Shown piece after piece: positions 27,719 to 40,500 of a stretch of 44,993 nucleotides of DNA; positions within the stretch are counted from its first letter, which is position 1; each line of letters opens with the position of its first letter. The DNA lies in contig JAUCBJ010002445.1 of the NCBI GenBank assembly GCA_032718475.1, forward strand, positions 1-44,993. Reading direction: 5' to 3'. This DNA is from Nemertoderma westbladi (Eukaryota; Animalia; Xenacoelomorpha). Below the pieces are notes generated by a model that worked only from the letters and a program-made list of their open reading frames with translations, was not told where the DNA came from and did not search any database. Position numbers and translations under genes: made by a program.

Positions 27719-28317
27719 TAGTAGGCCTATGGTTGGGGTACTAGAACTAAGTACACCCAGCCTCCGCAGCAGCAGACATGACCACAGTTTCTGCTAACGA
27801 TCGCATTTGCCGGCCAGTCTATGCCTGCGGGAGCCTCTTAGGCAGATTAGGGTAGAGTCAACCAGTGCGAAATTGAGTTTTGTGCGCATTAGATTGACCG
27901 TTGTAGAATATTGGGATTCCCGCTTAACTGATAACAACAGCGCAATCCTGTTCACCAAAGCGTGTGCGCACCTACTCATCCCCCCGGTTGTGGCCATCAC
28001 AAACGAACAAAATCCGGTGTGTTCAATTGAGTTGACTCGTTCTCCATACCTCCAACGTTTCTCCCATTCATGCGTGGAGTTGGAGTATTCTGAACTTATC
28101 GACCGTGGGTTGGACGCACAGAGGGGGTTAAAAACTTTAACTTCGATCATAATCTGCTCGAAAGTTCCACCCCATACTCCGCTCGCTGCTATATCCAGCC
28201 GGGCATCCGACTCCCTGGATGTGCTACGCAGTCTAAACTGCTCATCATCGACTGGCTGTAGGTGGGGTTCCGTTTCGACGCTATGTGCGACTTCTAACAA
28301 CAACTCTCCCTTATGGC
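27719..28317 (-). mobile_element. 5'-truncated non-LTR retrotransposon fragment, CRE-like, C-terminal restriction-like endonuclease region (in intron 3)
   Basis: ORF 27794-28303 has EPHLQPV, ARLDIAASGVW, EVKVFNP, HEWEKRWRY, TTGGM and CLRGSR, which I recognise as the RLE-domain C-terminus of metazoan CRE-clade elements. No RT domain is present. Flanked by ATTATTATTATG (27707-27718) and ATTATAATTATG (28318-28329), a possible tail or TSD. Confidence 0.72.
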
Positions 28318-28401
28318 ATTATAATTATGGAACAAGGAATATCTAGGAACTTAGTAGAAAATATATACTACAATTTTTACTTATTTGTAAAGATAACTCA
28401 C

Positions 28402-28551
28402 AGTGTAGTCGGTTATAGCGTAAATGTAACCTCCATCGTCAGTGGACCGCATTACAAGATTGGAGGTGCCAGTAGTGGATTCCAGAAGATTTACTTGGCG
28501 GTATTCTATGGGGTGATGGATAGAAGCATATCTCTGCGCATTCACAGCCAC
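28402..28551 (-). CDS. Plexin-like receptor, coding exon 3 (150 nt, end of Sema domain)
   Basis: Acceptor tcttgatttag|GTG and donor ACT|gtgagt, phase 0-0: VAVNAQRYASIHHPIEYRQVNLLESTTGTSNLVMRSTDDGGYIYAITDYT. The YIYAIT motif matches the Sema C-terminal YLYVMT-type strand. Confidence 0.82.
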
Positions 28552-29870
28552 CTAAATCAAGATTAAATTAATATTATTGTAATTGTATTAATTCAAACGT
28601 TTATTAATTCCCTTTGTTCACTTTAGCCACACCTGTTCTTCATTCACTCAACAAGGGAAATGGAACCCACATACAATTCAAAACCCGTCTATACTAGTAA
28701 TGATGAGTTTATTTACTGTTGAGGAAATAACCTCCTCTACAGACACAATTTATTTATTCTTGTAACATTTTATTTGAACACCAAACACCACACCGATAAC
28801 ATCAACCAGCGTGAGAGAGAGTTATGGAATTATGTTTTAACCTGTACAGAGTAAAGTACAATATTGTTGTTACATGCAAAATACTTGACGTTTATTGCTG
28901 ATGAATGCAGTGGGCAGTGCATTGCACATTCGGCATACTACAATGTTCCCATAATGTATGTCTCCCAGGGGTAGATTTATCATATCCGCAGTATATATTT
29001 ACCATTTGCTACTACGAACTAGATTAGTCATGTTTCTTTACCTAAAGCACGTTTTCGCTTCGCAGAGAAACAAGACAGATCAGAGACAACTATAATAATG
29101 GACGGTAGTAATTAGTTGGTGGAATTTACGCAAGTCGGTTGTGTCAGTTCCACTATTTCTGCCAACGGAACAATCTACAACCCTACAATAAATCAAACTA
29201 GATTTCATTTGCAACCAATTTGAGAAAATATAATGTTTTCACATTTCACTTGTGACAAACTTGCGCCTCTAACTGGCAGTTTCACATGCAAAGTTTGCTT
29301 TGTGACCTCAGACATATAATAGTATTTGATTTAGCAAATGTCACACATTTGACTTTGACTATGGCAGTATATGAGTTTTAATTAGGATTTAACTGCCGGA
29401 CTCTAGCCTAAATATCTAGCTAGCCTAAAATTCACATCAGTTCTGAATTAAAGGCAGTGGGGCAGTTTACTAGATGCGTAGTATGTGTACGTACACCGTT
29501 CTAGTGGTCGGAAGTAGTAAGTGAAGACGTTATCCTATCAGATAATTCTATGATTACTATGATTACATATATTAAAAAGGGAGGTAACATTATCCTGCTG
29601 AAAACATATTCGGTATTAATAAAATTATCACCAAGATAACATACTTATAATCACGAATGGAGACAGGGTGACTTTTGACACAAATCCCAACCCGGCGAAT
29701 TAACAATCTGTATTATCAATTAAGGTAAACGAGCAGATTATACTGGTATACGTTCGTTATTCTAACCAAAACAATAAACGAGAGTCAATAGCATAGGTCA
29801 CTGTTTCATTACTTATAATCTGTTGTTATTAGCGTTGATTTCCCCGTGGCGGGTTCCATTTTGATTGCCA

Positions 29871-29904
29871 CACCCCCCCCACCCCCTCCCCCCCCCCCCA
29901 CCCC
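29871..29904 (-). other. C-run tract (G-rich on the gene-sense strand), G-quadruplex-competent
   Basis: CACCCCCCCCACCCCCTCCCCCCCCCCCCACCCC has at least four runs of >=3 C. Structure formation is an inference. Confidence 0.45.
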
Positions 29905-30830
29905 GCGGCCCCTAAATATCTGCTGGAAATAAAATCAGTCAATCGCATCGACCATGACACTGCACTGTCATTACTAATGAAGAAGAAATTTCGCCGCCGG
30001 GTGCCCTTAGCACAATATCCTAGACAAGTTTGTAATTCAATCTCCAAACATAAACCCAGTAAAACAAAATAGAAAATAGTCTAAAAGCCCCCCTGAGGGT
30101 CAAACAACCCATGTCCCTAGTTCAAACAGAGAAATTTCCTGAGAACTGTGGAAAAAATAATTACTCTGCCAGAACCAGTTAGAGAAATATGGAAAAGGAC
30201 AAAGGGTGGGGCTCAGTACACCACCCTAACTATCCCTTGGGCACATCCCCAACTTAGCTACAATGTGTAGATGATTACGCATGGGATAGGCACGTTGTGT
30301 TGGAACCCACCACACTAAACATGGTGAATAGTGAGTCACTATCAGCTTGGGCTACAGCTGCAGAAATCGTTCTGGTTGTAAGCTAATTGCATATATATAG
30401 TATATATACTAATGAAAAATAATTTGTATGCCTGTCAGCTCATTAATAAATAATAATAAATATAAAACTTGATAGTAGAAGTGCGATAATTGCATTACTA
30501 ATAAATAAATAAACACCGCTACTGTAAGGTAGTTGTTATAAAGGAAATTTTATTTTATTTCCCTGATCCAAAATATAATTAACCCTTTTTCATCTCAGCT
30601 TCAGATTATTTAGTTTGTGAAAAACTAGAAAATAATTGAAAAAAAATTAATAAAACTAATTAACGTATGAAAAGTTGTACGACCAGTGGGAGGAAGGATT
30701 GAAGAAATAATTTGGGCTTACTAAAGAAATAAACTGGGCGGTTTGGGGTGCACCTGAATCGGCTGAATTAAAGACACTATTCTACTGGGAGATGATAAAT
30801 CATCAATGATACCATAGATGAATGTGGGTC

Positions 30831-30960
30831 CACGCCCGTACCGTACGGGGGGGTTTGGGGGCACTGCCACTTTGCTGTATGCCCCCCAATCCCAGTTATG
30901 GGTCTGCCCCCCCAGATTTGGCCTCTGCCCCCCAGATATAAGGGTCACCATACGGGCCTG
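30831..30960. mobile_element. 130-bp hAT-like MITE
   Basis: Termini CACGCCCGTA and TACGGGCCTG are 9/10 inverted, with internal G-run/TGCCCCCC motifs. 8-bp flanking direct repeats TGTGGGTC (30823-30830) and TATGGGTC (30961-30968) match 7/8; 8 bp is the TSD length typical of hAT. Confidence 0.6.
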
Positions 30961-31589
30961 TATGGGTCTCATAAAGTTCTACTTAACTTCAACTATATTA
31001 TTGCTATGAAGTAGAGTTATAATATTACAATTTTTGAATAAAATAATTAATTGAATAACATGTCACATGGCTCATGGATAACAAAATAAGGTAAACAAGT
31101 CATATTTATGAGAAAATTTATAGCAGAAATCTACAACTGCCTTGATTTGCACTACATACCGGTCAATTTACATCACGGTTCATAAAACATTCCTGTTTGA
31201 TTAGACGTCATCAACTCTAGCCCGTGGCTATGGGACTGGACATGGACCAGAGCAGCACAAAAGTGGAGAATAATAGCCCGCCAATTGTAGTAGCAGTAAT
31301 TGGGCTTCCATCAGGACCCAAAGGAAGGAGGACCACCGTGCCTTCCATCAATAGACGCCGCCACTACTGGTAAATATACTGACTAAATATGGATAGGCCT
31401 GACTATGCACTTAATGGACAATGTTGTAAATATATACAAGGCCATCGGTGGGGCTGGAATTTAATGAACGGCCTTCCTTTAGCCTTTATTATCTGTCTTG
31501 TTTGTGTAACGGCTAGCGAGATATGGGCCAATAGTAATTTGTAGACAATTGCATTGCACTTACATCTGCACGTGAGATGAGAGGCAGCA

Positions 31590-31620
31590 ATTTTCTGCGA
31601 AATATTATTTCGCAGAAAAT
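31590..31620. repeat. Perfect inverted repeat, 15-bp arms, 1-nt spacer
   Basis: ATTTTCTGCGAAATA-T-TATTTCGCAGAAAAT. Confidence 0.9.
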
Positions 31621-33005
31621 GGAAAAGTTTTCTCTTTTATATGCTCATTTGCTCAAAGATATCATATCATAAAAGTCGTATCATGAACCTAAATATAGCA
31701 TTCCGGTACACAGATAAGCTATGGGAACACGAATGTACGATTACTAACAACACTGCCATCTATCCTTTCTGGAAGTAACGCATCGTTTACTGGAAGTCAA
31801 CTCGATCTAACACCCAGTATTCTTAATGAAAATTATACCATCCTTTAGTAAGCTTAAAGGATTGCCATGTGGCCTCATAGTAATGCACTTAGTGATCATT
31901 AGACAAGAACAAACAACAGACAAAACAGGTCTGAGCATGTTCAGGGTTGGTAGGAGTACAGCTGCCTACCAAAAGTAATGAGATGGAATGAATTATGACA
32001 TGGCCACGAATATAAAGCTTTATTTACGACAATCATTTCGCAAAATATATTATACGATTCATTATTCAGGCATGGAATATTTTGGAATAAAATTAGAGGC
32101 TAATTTAGAATTCACTGATCGGTAATGGGGAGAGCGTGGTTGGAGAGGTAACGCAGTCACGTAACGATAACCATAAAAATCGCCAAGCTTCGAAGTACTC
32201 AAATTTGTCAGTTGCATAACCGTCATGGATGCAGTTGTCAACTTATCGTATTCGCGTCTTACTATAATACGGTGAGGTTAGCCGATAGGGAATGGAGCAT
32301 AACTAAGGACTGACAGTGAATCTTAAGTAAACATCTGATGGAATGCAGATCCGCACCTTATGAATCAAAATCCAGCCAACTGAATTCATTGAATTCATTT
32401 AGGTGGCGTAGTTCCTATACGATCCCGATATTATCCAGGAAACCCGCGTCCCTGCAACCTGGTTCCCCATGGATTATACCTCCACGAAGCATTTAATTTA
32501 CAACCTGGGGAGGCGCGGTGAAAAGATGACACACCACCGCTTGCACTGCTCACACACAGTGAGTTGATGATAGCATAATTCTGCCTTAATTTAAAACTTG
32601 GAGTAATGTTCTCTACGGGAGGGGCCGACGCAATGGATCAGCTCCATGGCAGATGTCGCGCCACCGACCATTATGCAATATATAGCATAGCGGGAATCAG
32701 CATCGACCTAGCAGCCTTCCTTGGGAGATGCTAAATGCCTCACCACAAGGATTTTATATTCTACGAATGAGCTCAGCATGCAATAAACAAAAATGTGCAT
32801 TCGATATAAACAGCTCAACATACAAACCTATTAGTGATATTCTGTGTCAACATAGCGACGTTAGGCATTAGCATTTGATGTATGAATCCCAGCATGTACT
32901 GCTGGTATGGATGGATATCCGTCGATGTGCGTCAATCACTGAAGCTATAATAACCGCGCCTAAACTGATCTGATTAATCCATCAGATTCGAAAACTGGGC
33001 TAGGG

Positions 33006-34187
33006 TTCGCTGAACCAGAGTAATTAGTTCAACAACTATAATTGGCGAAGGAAAGGCATTGTCAATGGATATTATTCATATGAAATAACAGGAAAGAAGA
33101 CTTAAAATCGATACAACAGCAACAGGCTATGCCAAATGGCGATACCGGGGCCTATATTTGCCTTCGACCAACATAAATACTGACCTGACAATACTATTTA
33201 TACGAATATTGTACTGCCATTGGGTCCAACCATATCCTTAATAATTACTATTGATTGATTAATATATTCCTCAAATTCGATAACATGCGAAACAGGGTCA
33301 TATGATATAGTTTGGGACACTTGTATGCGCAATTACGAATATTAATCATGTGCCGTGCCCAGTATCCCTGTAGTGGTAGCAATCGCAAACATTGTTATGT
33401 AGACAGTTCGACAACTTGAATGCCTACCCTTGCAGACAAGTCGAATCCCCTTTGTCAATCAAGGAACCACATATATCTCTATAGTAAGAGAGAGATATAG
33501 CGATATAGGTGGTGATACAACAATTAGAGGTAGAACTACCCGCCTATACAATCACATATGATAGCTTAAATATTTATTGAATGTATATTGTCACCTTTCG
33601 CTGAACCAGAGTAATTAGTTCAACAACTATAATTGGCGAAGGAAAGGCATTGTCAATGGATATTATTCATATGAAATAACAGGAAAGAAGACTTAAAATC
33701 GATACAACAGCAACAGGCTATGCCAAATGGCGATACCGGGGCCTATATTTGCCTTCGACCAACATAAATACTGACCTGACAATACTATTTATACGAATAT
33801 TGTACTGCCATTGGGTCCAACCATATCCTTAATAATTACTATTGATTGATTAATATATTCCTCAAATTCGATAACATGCGAAACAGGGTCATATGATATA
33901 GTTTGGGACACTTGTATGCGCAATTACGAATATTAATCATGTGCCGTGCCCAGTATCCCTGTAGTGGTAGCAATCGCAAACATTGTTAAGTAGACAGTTC
34001 GACAACTTGAATGCCTACCCTTGCAGACAAGTCGAATCCCCTTTGTCAATCAAGGAACCACATATATCTCTATAGTAAGAGAGAGATATAGCGATATAGG
34101 TGGTGATACAACAACAATTAGAGGTAGAACTACCCGCCTATACAATCACATATGATAGCTTAAATATTTATTGAATGTATATTGTCA
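33006..34187. repeat. Near-identical tandem duplication (33006-33593 and 33597-34187)
   Basis: Both copies run from TTCGCTGAACCAGAG to GTATATTGTCA, offset 591 bp. Differences seen by eye: one T/A substitution and one extra ACA triplet. Confidence 0.95.
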
Positions 34188-34314
34188 ACTCCATATTGAA
34201 TTACATTGACAATAATTCATATAATAGCTAGTAATATAATATCCTGTCACACACGATGCGATCATATTCATTTGTTGTTGTACAAAAATGGTGTTTGCAA
34301 TGACTGTATGCAAC

Positions 34315-35762
34315 CAACAGACTACACGCACCTACAGACTACACGCACCTACAGACTACACGCACCTACAGACTACACGCACCAACAGACTGCACGCACC
34401 TACAGACTACACGCACCTACAGACTACACGCACATACAGACTACACGCACCTACAGACTGCACGCCCCTACAGACTACACGCACCTACAGACTGCACGCA
34501 CCTACAGACTGCACGCACCTACAGACTACACGCACCTACAGACTACACGCACCTACAGACTACACGCACCTACAGACTACACGCCCCTACAGACTACACG
34601 CACAGCTACAGTGCTACAGACTGCACACACTTACAGACTACACGCACCTACAGACTACACGCACCTACAGACTGCACGCACCTACAAACTACACGCACCT
34701 ACAGACTACACGCACCTACAGACTACACGCACCTACAGACTACACGCCCCTACAGACTACACGCACAGCTACAGTGCTACAGACTGCACGCACCTACAGA
34801 CTGCACGCACCTACAGACTACACGCACCTACAGACTACACGCACCTACAGACTACACGCACCTACAGACTACACGCACCTACAGACTACACGCACCTACA
34901 GACTACACGCACCTACAGACTACACGCACCTACAGACTACACGCACCTACAGACTACACGCACAGCTACAGTGCTACAGACTGCACGCACCTACAGACTA
35001 CACGCACCTACAGACTGCACGCACCTACAGACTACACGCACCTACAGACTACACGCACCTACAGACTACACGCACCTACAGACTACACGCACCTACAGAC
35101 TACACGCACAGCTACAGTGCTACAGACTGCACGCACCTACAGACTACACGCACCTACAGACTGCACGCACCTACAGACTGCACGCCCCTACAGACTGCAC
35201 GCACCTACAGACTACACGCACCAACAGACTGCACGCACCTACAGACTGCACGCACCTACAGACTGCACGCACCTACAGACTACACGCACCTACAGACTAC
35301 ACGCACCTACAGACTACACGCACCTACAGACTACACGCACCTACAGACTACACGCACCTACAGACTACACGCACCTACAGACTACACGCACCTACAGACT
35401 GCACGGACCTACTGCACGCACCTACAGACTGCACGCACCTACAGACTACACGCCCCTACAGACTGCACGCACCTACAGACTACACGCACCTACAGACTAC
35501 ACGCACCTACAGACTACACGCACCTGCAGACTACACGCCCCTACAGACTGCACGCACCTACAGACTACACGCACCTGCAGACTACACGCCCCTACAGACT
35601 ACACGCACCTACAGACTACACGCACCTACAGACTACACGCACCTACAGACTACACGCACCTACAGACTGCACGGACCTACTGCACGCACCTACAGACTGC
35701 ACGCACCTACAGACTACACGCACCTACAGACTTCCCGCACCTACAGACTACACGCACCTACA
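34315..35762. repeat. 17-bp minisatellite, ~85 copies
   Basis: Unit CTACAGACT(A/G)CACGCAC with recurrent variant units. The overlapping 17-aa-period ORFs in three frames are artefacts. Confidence 0.97.
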
Positions 35763-36361
35763 ACTGTATGCAACTTGACGGCCTATTGATCCACTTGCGG
35801 TGCTCCTGGGGGGTTGATACTATTCTACACTACTGGAGGAGCCACGCTCCACGGAGATGATATAATTTATAACGATAATTACGTGAAGAATTCATTTACT
35901 CAGTGGCTCGCCCCATAAACCAAAAATAACATTAATTTACTTTAGTTTAAATAAAATTAACTTTTAAGTTCGCCATATTGTCCAACGGAAATCCTAAATA
36001 AATTCAGGTAACTTGACCTCCAATGATATTAGCTCGCATATCAGAGGGTTAGCTTAGCTCAACCCCAGGTGCACAGTGAATCCACAAACAGACAAGTTAC
36101 ACGGTTATCCTTCATGGGTGTGGTATTGGTTACAACTCAGTTACAACTCATGAATCGTGGAATGAATTGATGGTGCCACAATGTCTGGCTTGAGAATACA
36201 CAGAAACCGTAAAAACACAAAAGGAAATGATAAATTAGCATTGCAGGCTTTAATTATCCGTAACATTGGTTGATAACGATATGCAGTATGCAGGTTTCCG
36301 GCACGGATGCATACCGCCACTCGTGTGAGCACTAATGAATAGAGCCGTGCTCTTATTGGGG

Positions 36362-36381
36362 GAGAGAGAGAGAGAGAGAGA
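36362..36381. repeat. (GA)10 microsatellite
   Basis: Direct read. Confidence 0.9.
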
Positions 36382-36876
36382 AGGGGAACAGACAACTTAA
36401 TAAACTACCTGAATTTCTGAACAAAGCCTTTGAATAACATGTAATTATATGTTGAGTTGTTCCATAATAAAAGGGTATAAGGGTTGGATCTCGCATTTAT
36501 CGTAGGCGTAGGCCATAAATAAGAAAGTCCGCGTTTCATTATCTCTTATAATACACATTAATATGTGTTCTGGAGTTATGTAAAACCATTTAGGTGGAAC
36601 AGAGAGGCCTTAGGGGTGATGAATGAGTATTGATCCATGGGATAGGAATGTAAGCTAGTGCAGGTGGGTGTGTAAAGGTAAGTCCAACACTTATACCCAA
36701 ATGATTGACACACTGGCGGAATTACCAAGGACTAAACGCAATTATGCAGGAAACATGACAATGCTAGGATCTAGTTATTTACACCTCAACACAACGTGTT
36801 ATTTCTCTATTCCGCCGATAAAATATTTTGTTAATAAAATGCTCGTTTAGAGTTGAGCGCGGGATAATTGCATCAT

Positions 36877-37050
36877 ACGGACACGGACAAGGCACGGGTT
36901 GATAAACGGACACGGACAAGGCACGGGTTGATAAACGGACACGGACAAGGCACGGGTTGATAAACGGACACGGACAAGGCACGGGTTGATAAACGGACAC
37001 GGACAAGGCACGGGTTGATAAACGGACACGGACAAGGCACGGGTTGATAA
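36877..37050. repeat. 29-bp minisatellite, 6 perfect copies
   Basis: Unit ACGGACACGGACAAGGCACGGGTTGATAA. Confidence 0.97.
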
Positions 37051-37262
37051 ACTAAATGCAAATAAAACTAACAATAAAAATATTATCTATCATAAATATT
37101 ATCCACAGTAAATATCTATCAATATTTATATGGTAGAGGTAGATTCTATACAAATGTTGTAAATTGAGCAAAAATAAATGCCTTTAAAAAACTGCAGACG
37201 TATTTATGTTGGTATGGATGGACAGCTAACAATTAAGATAAATAATGAGTAATTTAATTTAC

Positions 37263-37454
37263 CTCAAGAATAGCGGCAGTATCTAATCCGATGTGAAGAT
37301 TAAGGTAAGAGCCTTGGTTTGTGGCTTCTATAGCAACAACATTGCCTGACTCAACAACATAAACAGCTGTTCTGTTCACGATTGATGTCCCACCAGCTAT
37401 TATTTGTCCCTGTTTATCATCCCATGTCTCGATGTCCCAACAGTGAATATCCGC
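37263..37454 (-). CDS. Plexin-like receptor, coding exon 2 (192 nt, Sema domain)
   Basis: Acceptor ttttgtctag|GCG and donor GAG|gtaaat, phase 0-0, open frame: ADIHCWDIETWDDKQGQIIAGGTSIVNRTAVYVVESGNVVAIEATNQGSYLNLHIGLDTAAILE. This fits the late Sema blade pattern (C...GG...I...AV...G...L). Not in the ORF track. Confidence 0.8.
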
Positions 37455-37540
37455 CTAGACAAAATTATTTGAAAGTATTAATGATATTGCAGGATTATAT
37501 CATAACGTTCCAGAAAATGTGTGAAATCCTAGTAGCGCTG

Positions 37541-40500
37541 TAAAGTAAAGGTCGGAACACTGGAAAGAAATAAAGTAAAGGTCGGAACACTGGAAAGAAA
37601 TAAAGTAAAGGTCGGAACACTGGAAAGAAATAAAGTAAAGGTCGGAACACTGGAAAGAAATAAAGTAAAGGTCGAAACACTGGAAAGAAATAAAGTAAAG
37701 GTCGGAACACTGGAAAGAAATAAAGTAAAGGTCGAAACACTGGAAAGAAATAAAGTAAAGGTCGGAACACTGGAAAGAAATAAAGTAAAGGTCGGAACAC
37801 TGGAAAGAAATAAAGTAAAGGTCGAAACACTGGAAAGAAATAAAGTAAAGGTCGGAACACTGGAAAGAAATAAAGTAAAGGTCGAAACACTGGAAAGAAA
37901 TAAAGTAAAGGTCGAAACACTGGAAAAAAATAAAGTAAAGAACGGAACACTGGAAAGAAATAAAGTAAAGGTCGGAACACTGGAAAGAAATAAAGTAAAG
38001 GTCGGAACACTGGAAAGAAATAAAGTAAAGGTCGAAACACTGGAAAGAAATAAAGTAAAGGTCGGAACACTGGAAAGAAATAAAGTAAAGGTCGGAACAC
38101 TGGAAAAAAAATAAAGTAAAGGTCGGAACACTGGAAAGAAATAAAGTAAAGGTCGGAACACTGGAAATAAATAAAGTAAAGGTCGGAACACTGGAAAAAA
38201 AATAAAGTAAAGGTCGGAACACTGGAAAAAAATAAAGTAAAGGTCGGAACACTGGAAAGAAATAAAGTAAAGGTCGGAACACTGGAAAGAAATAAAGTAA
38301 AGGTCGGACGGAACACTGGAAAAAAATAAAGTAAAGGTCGGAAAACTGGAAAGAAATAAAGTAAAGGTCGAAACACTGGAAAGAAATAAAGTAAAAGTCG
38401 GAACACTGGAAAGAATAAAGTAAAGGTCGGAACACTGGAAAGAAATAAAGTAAAAGTCGGAACACTGGAAAGAATAAAGTAAAGGTCGGAACACTGGAAA
38501 GAAATAAAGTAAAGGTCGGAACACTGGAAAGAAATATAGTAAAAGTCGGAACACTGGAAAGAATAAAGTAAAGAACGGAACACTGGAAAGAAATAAAGTA
38601 AAGGTCGGAACACTGGAAAGAAATAAAGTAAAGGTCGGAACACTGGAAAGAAATAAAGTAAAGGTCGGAACACTGGAAAGAAATAAAGTAAAGGTCGGAA
38701 CACTGGAAAGAAATAAAGTAATGGTCGGAACACTGGAAAGAAATAAAGTAAAGGTCGGAACACTGGAAAGAAATAAAGTAAAGGTCGGAACACTGGAAAG
38801 AAATAAAGTAAAGGTCGGAACACTGGAAATAAATAATAAAGTAAAGGTCGGAACACTGGAAATAAATAAAGTAAAGGTCGGAACACTGGAAATAAATAAA
38901 GTAAAGGTCGGAACACTGGAAATAAATAAAGTAAAGGTCGGAACACTGGAAATAAATAAAGTAATGGTTGGAACACTGGAAATAAATAAAGTAAAGGTCG
39001 GAACACTGGGAAAAAATAAAGTAAAGGTCGGAACACTGGAAAGAAATAAAGTAAAGGTCGGAACACTGGAAAGAAATACAGTAAAGGTCGGAACACTGGA
39101 AAGAAATAAAGTAAAGGTCGGAACACTGGGAAGAAATAAAGTAAAGGTCGGAACACTGGAAAGAAATAAAGTAAAGGTCGGAACACTGTCAAAGAAATAA
39201 AGTAAAGGTCGGAACACTGGAAATAAATAAAGTAAAGGTCGGAACACTGGAAAAAAAATAAAGTAAAGGTCGGAACACTGGAAAGAAATAAAGTAAAGGT
39301 CGAAACACTGGAAAGAAATAAAGTAAAGGTCGAAACACTGGAAAGAAATAAAGTAAAGGTAGGAACACTGGAAAGAAATAAAGTAAAGGTCGGAACACTG
39401 GAAAGAAATAAAGTAAAGGTCGGAACACTGGAAATAAATAAAGTAAAGGTCGGAACACTGGAAAAAAAATAAAGTAAAGGTCGGAACACTGGAAAGAAAT
39501 AAAGTAAAGGTCGGAACACTGGAAATAAATAAAGTAAAGGTCGGAACACTGGAAAAAATAAAGTAAAGGTCGGAACACTGGAAAAAAATAAAGTAAAGGT
39601 CGGAACACTGGAAAGAAATAAAGTAAAGGTCGGAACACTGGAAAGAAATAAAGTAAAGGTCGGAACACTGGAAAGAAATAAAGTAAAGGTCGGAACACTG
39701 GAAATAAATAAAGTAAAGGTCTGAACACTGGAAAGAAATAAAGTAAAGGTCGGAACACTGGAAAGAAATAAAGTAAAGGTCGAAACACTGGAAAGAAATA
39801 AAGTAAAGGTCGGAACACTGGAAATAAATAATAAAGTAAAGGTCAGAACACTGGAAAGAAATAAAGTAATGGTCGGAACACTGGAAAGAAATAAAGTAAA
39901 GGTCGGAACACTGGAAATAAATAATAAAGTAAAGGTCAGAACACTGGAAAGAAATAAAGTAAAGGTCGGAACACTGGAAAGATATAAAGCAAAGGTCGGA
40001 ACACTGGAAAGAAATAAAGTAAAGGTCGGAACACTGGAAAGAAATAAAGTAAAGGTCGGAACACTGGAAAGAAATAAAGTAATGGTCGGAACACTGGAAA
40101 GAAATAAAGTAAAGGTCGGAACACTGGAAATAAATAAAGTAAAGGTCGGAACACTGGAAAGAAATAAAGTAAAGGTCGGAACACTGGAAATAAATAAAGT
40201 GAAGGTCGGAACACTGGAAAGAAATAAAGTAAAGGTCGGAACACTGGAAAGAAATAAAGTAAAGGTCAGAACACTGGAAAGAAATAAAGTAAAGGTCGGA
40301 ACACTGGAAAGAAATAAAGTAAAGGTCGGAACACTGGAAATAAATAAAGTAAAGGTCGGAACACTGGAAAGAAATAAAGTAAAGGTCGGAAAACTGGAAA
40401 GAAATAAAGTAAAGGTCGGAACACTGGAAATAAATAAAGTAAAGGTCGGAACACTGGAAAGAAATAAAGTAAAGGTCGAAAACTGGAAAGAAATAAAGTA

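Noticed and set aside
27807-28566. Plus-strand ORFs 27807-28346 and 28285-28566 (likewise 43279-43690)
   Set aside because: Antisense shadows of the retrotransposon fragment and the plexin-like exons.
32380-33600. Possible decayed LTR-retrotransposon gag/protease (DTGA-like motif near 33141)
   Set aside because: Only a short motif amid stops, with no LTRs or RT seen. A translated repeat-library search would be needed.
34206-35860. Three overlapping TDYTHLQTTRTYRLHAP ORFs
   Set aside because: The same peptide appears in all three frames, as expected from a stop-free 17-bp unit.
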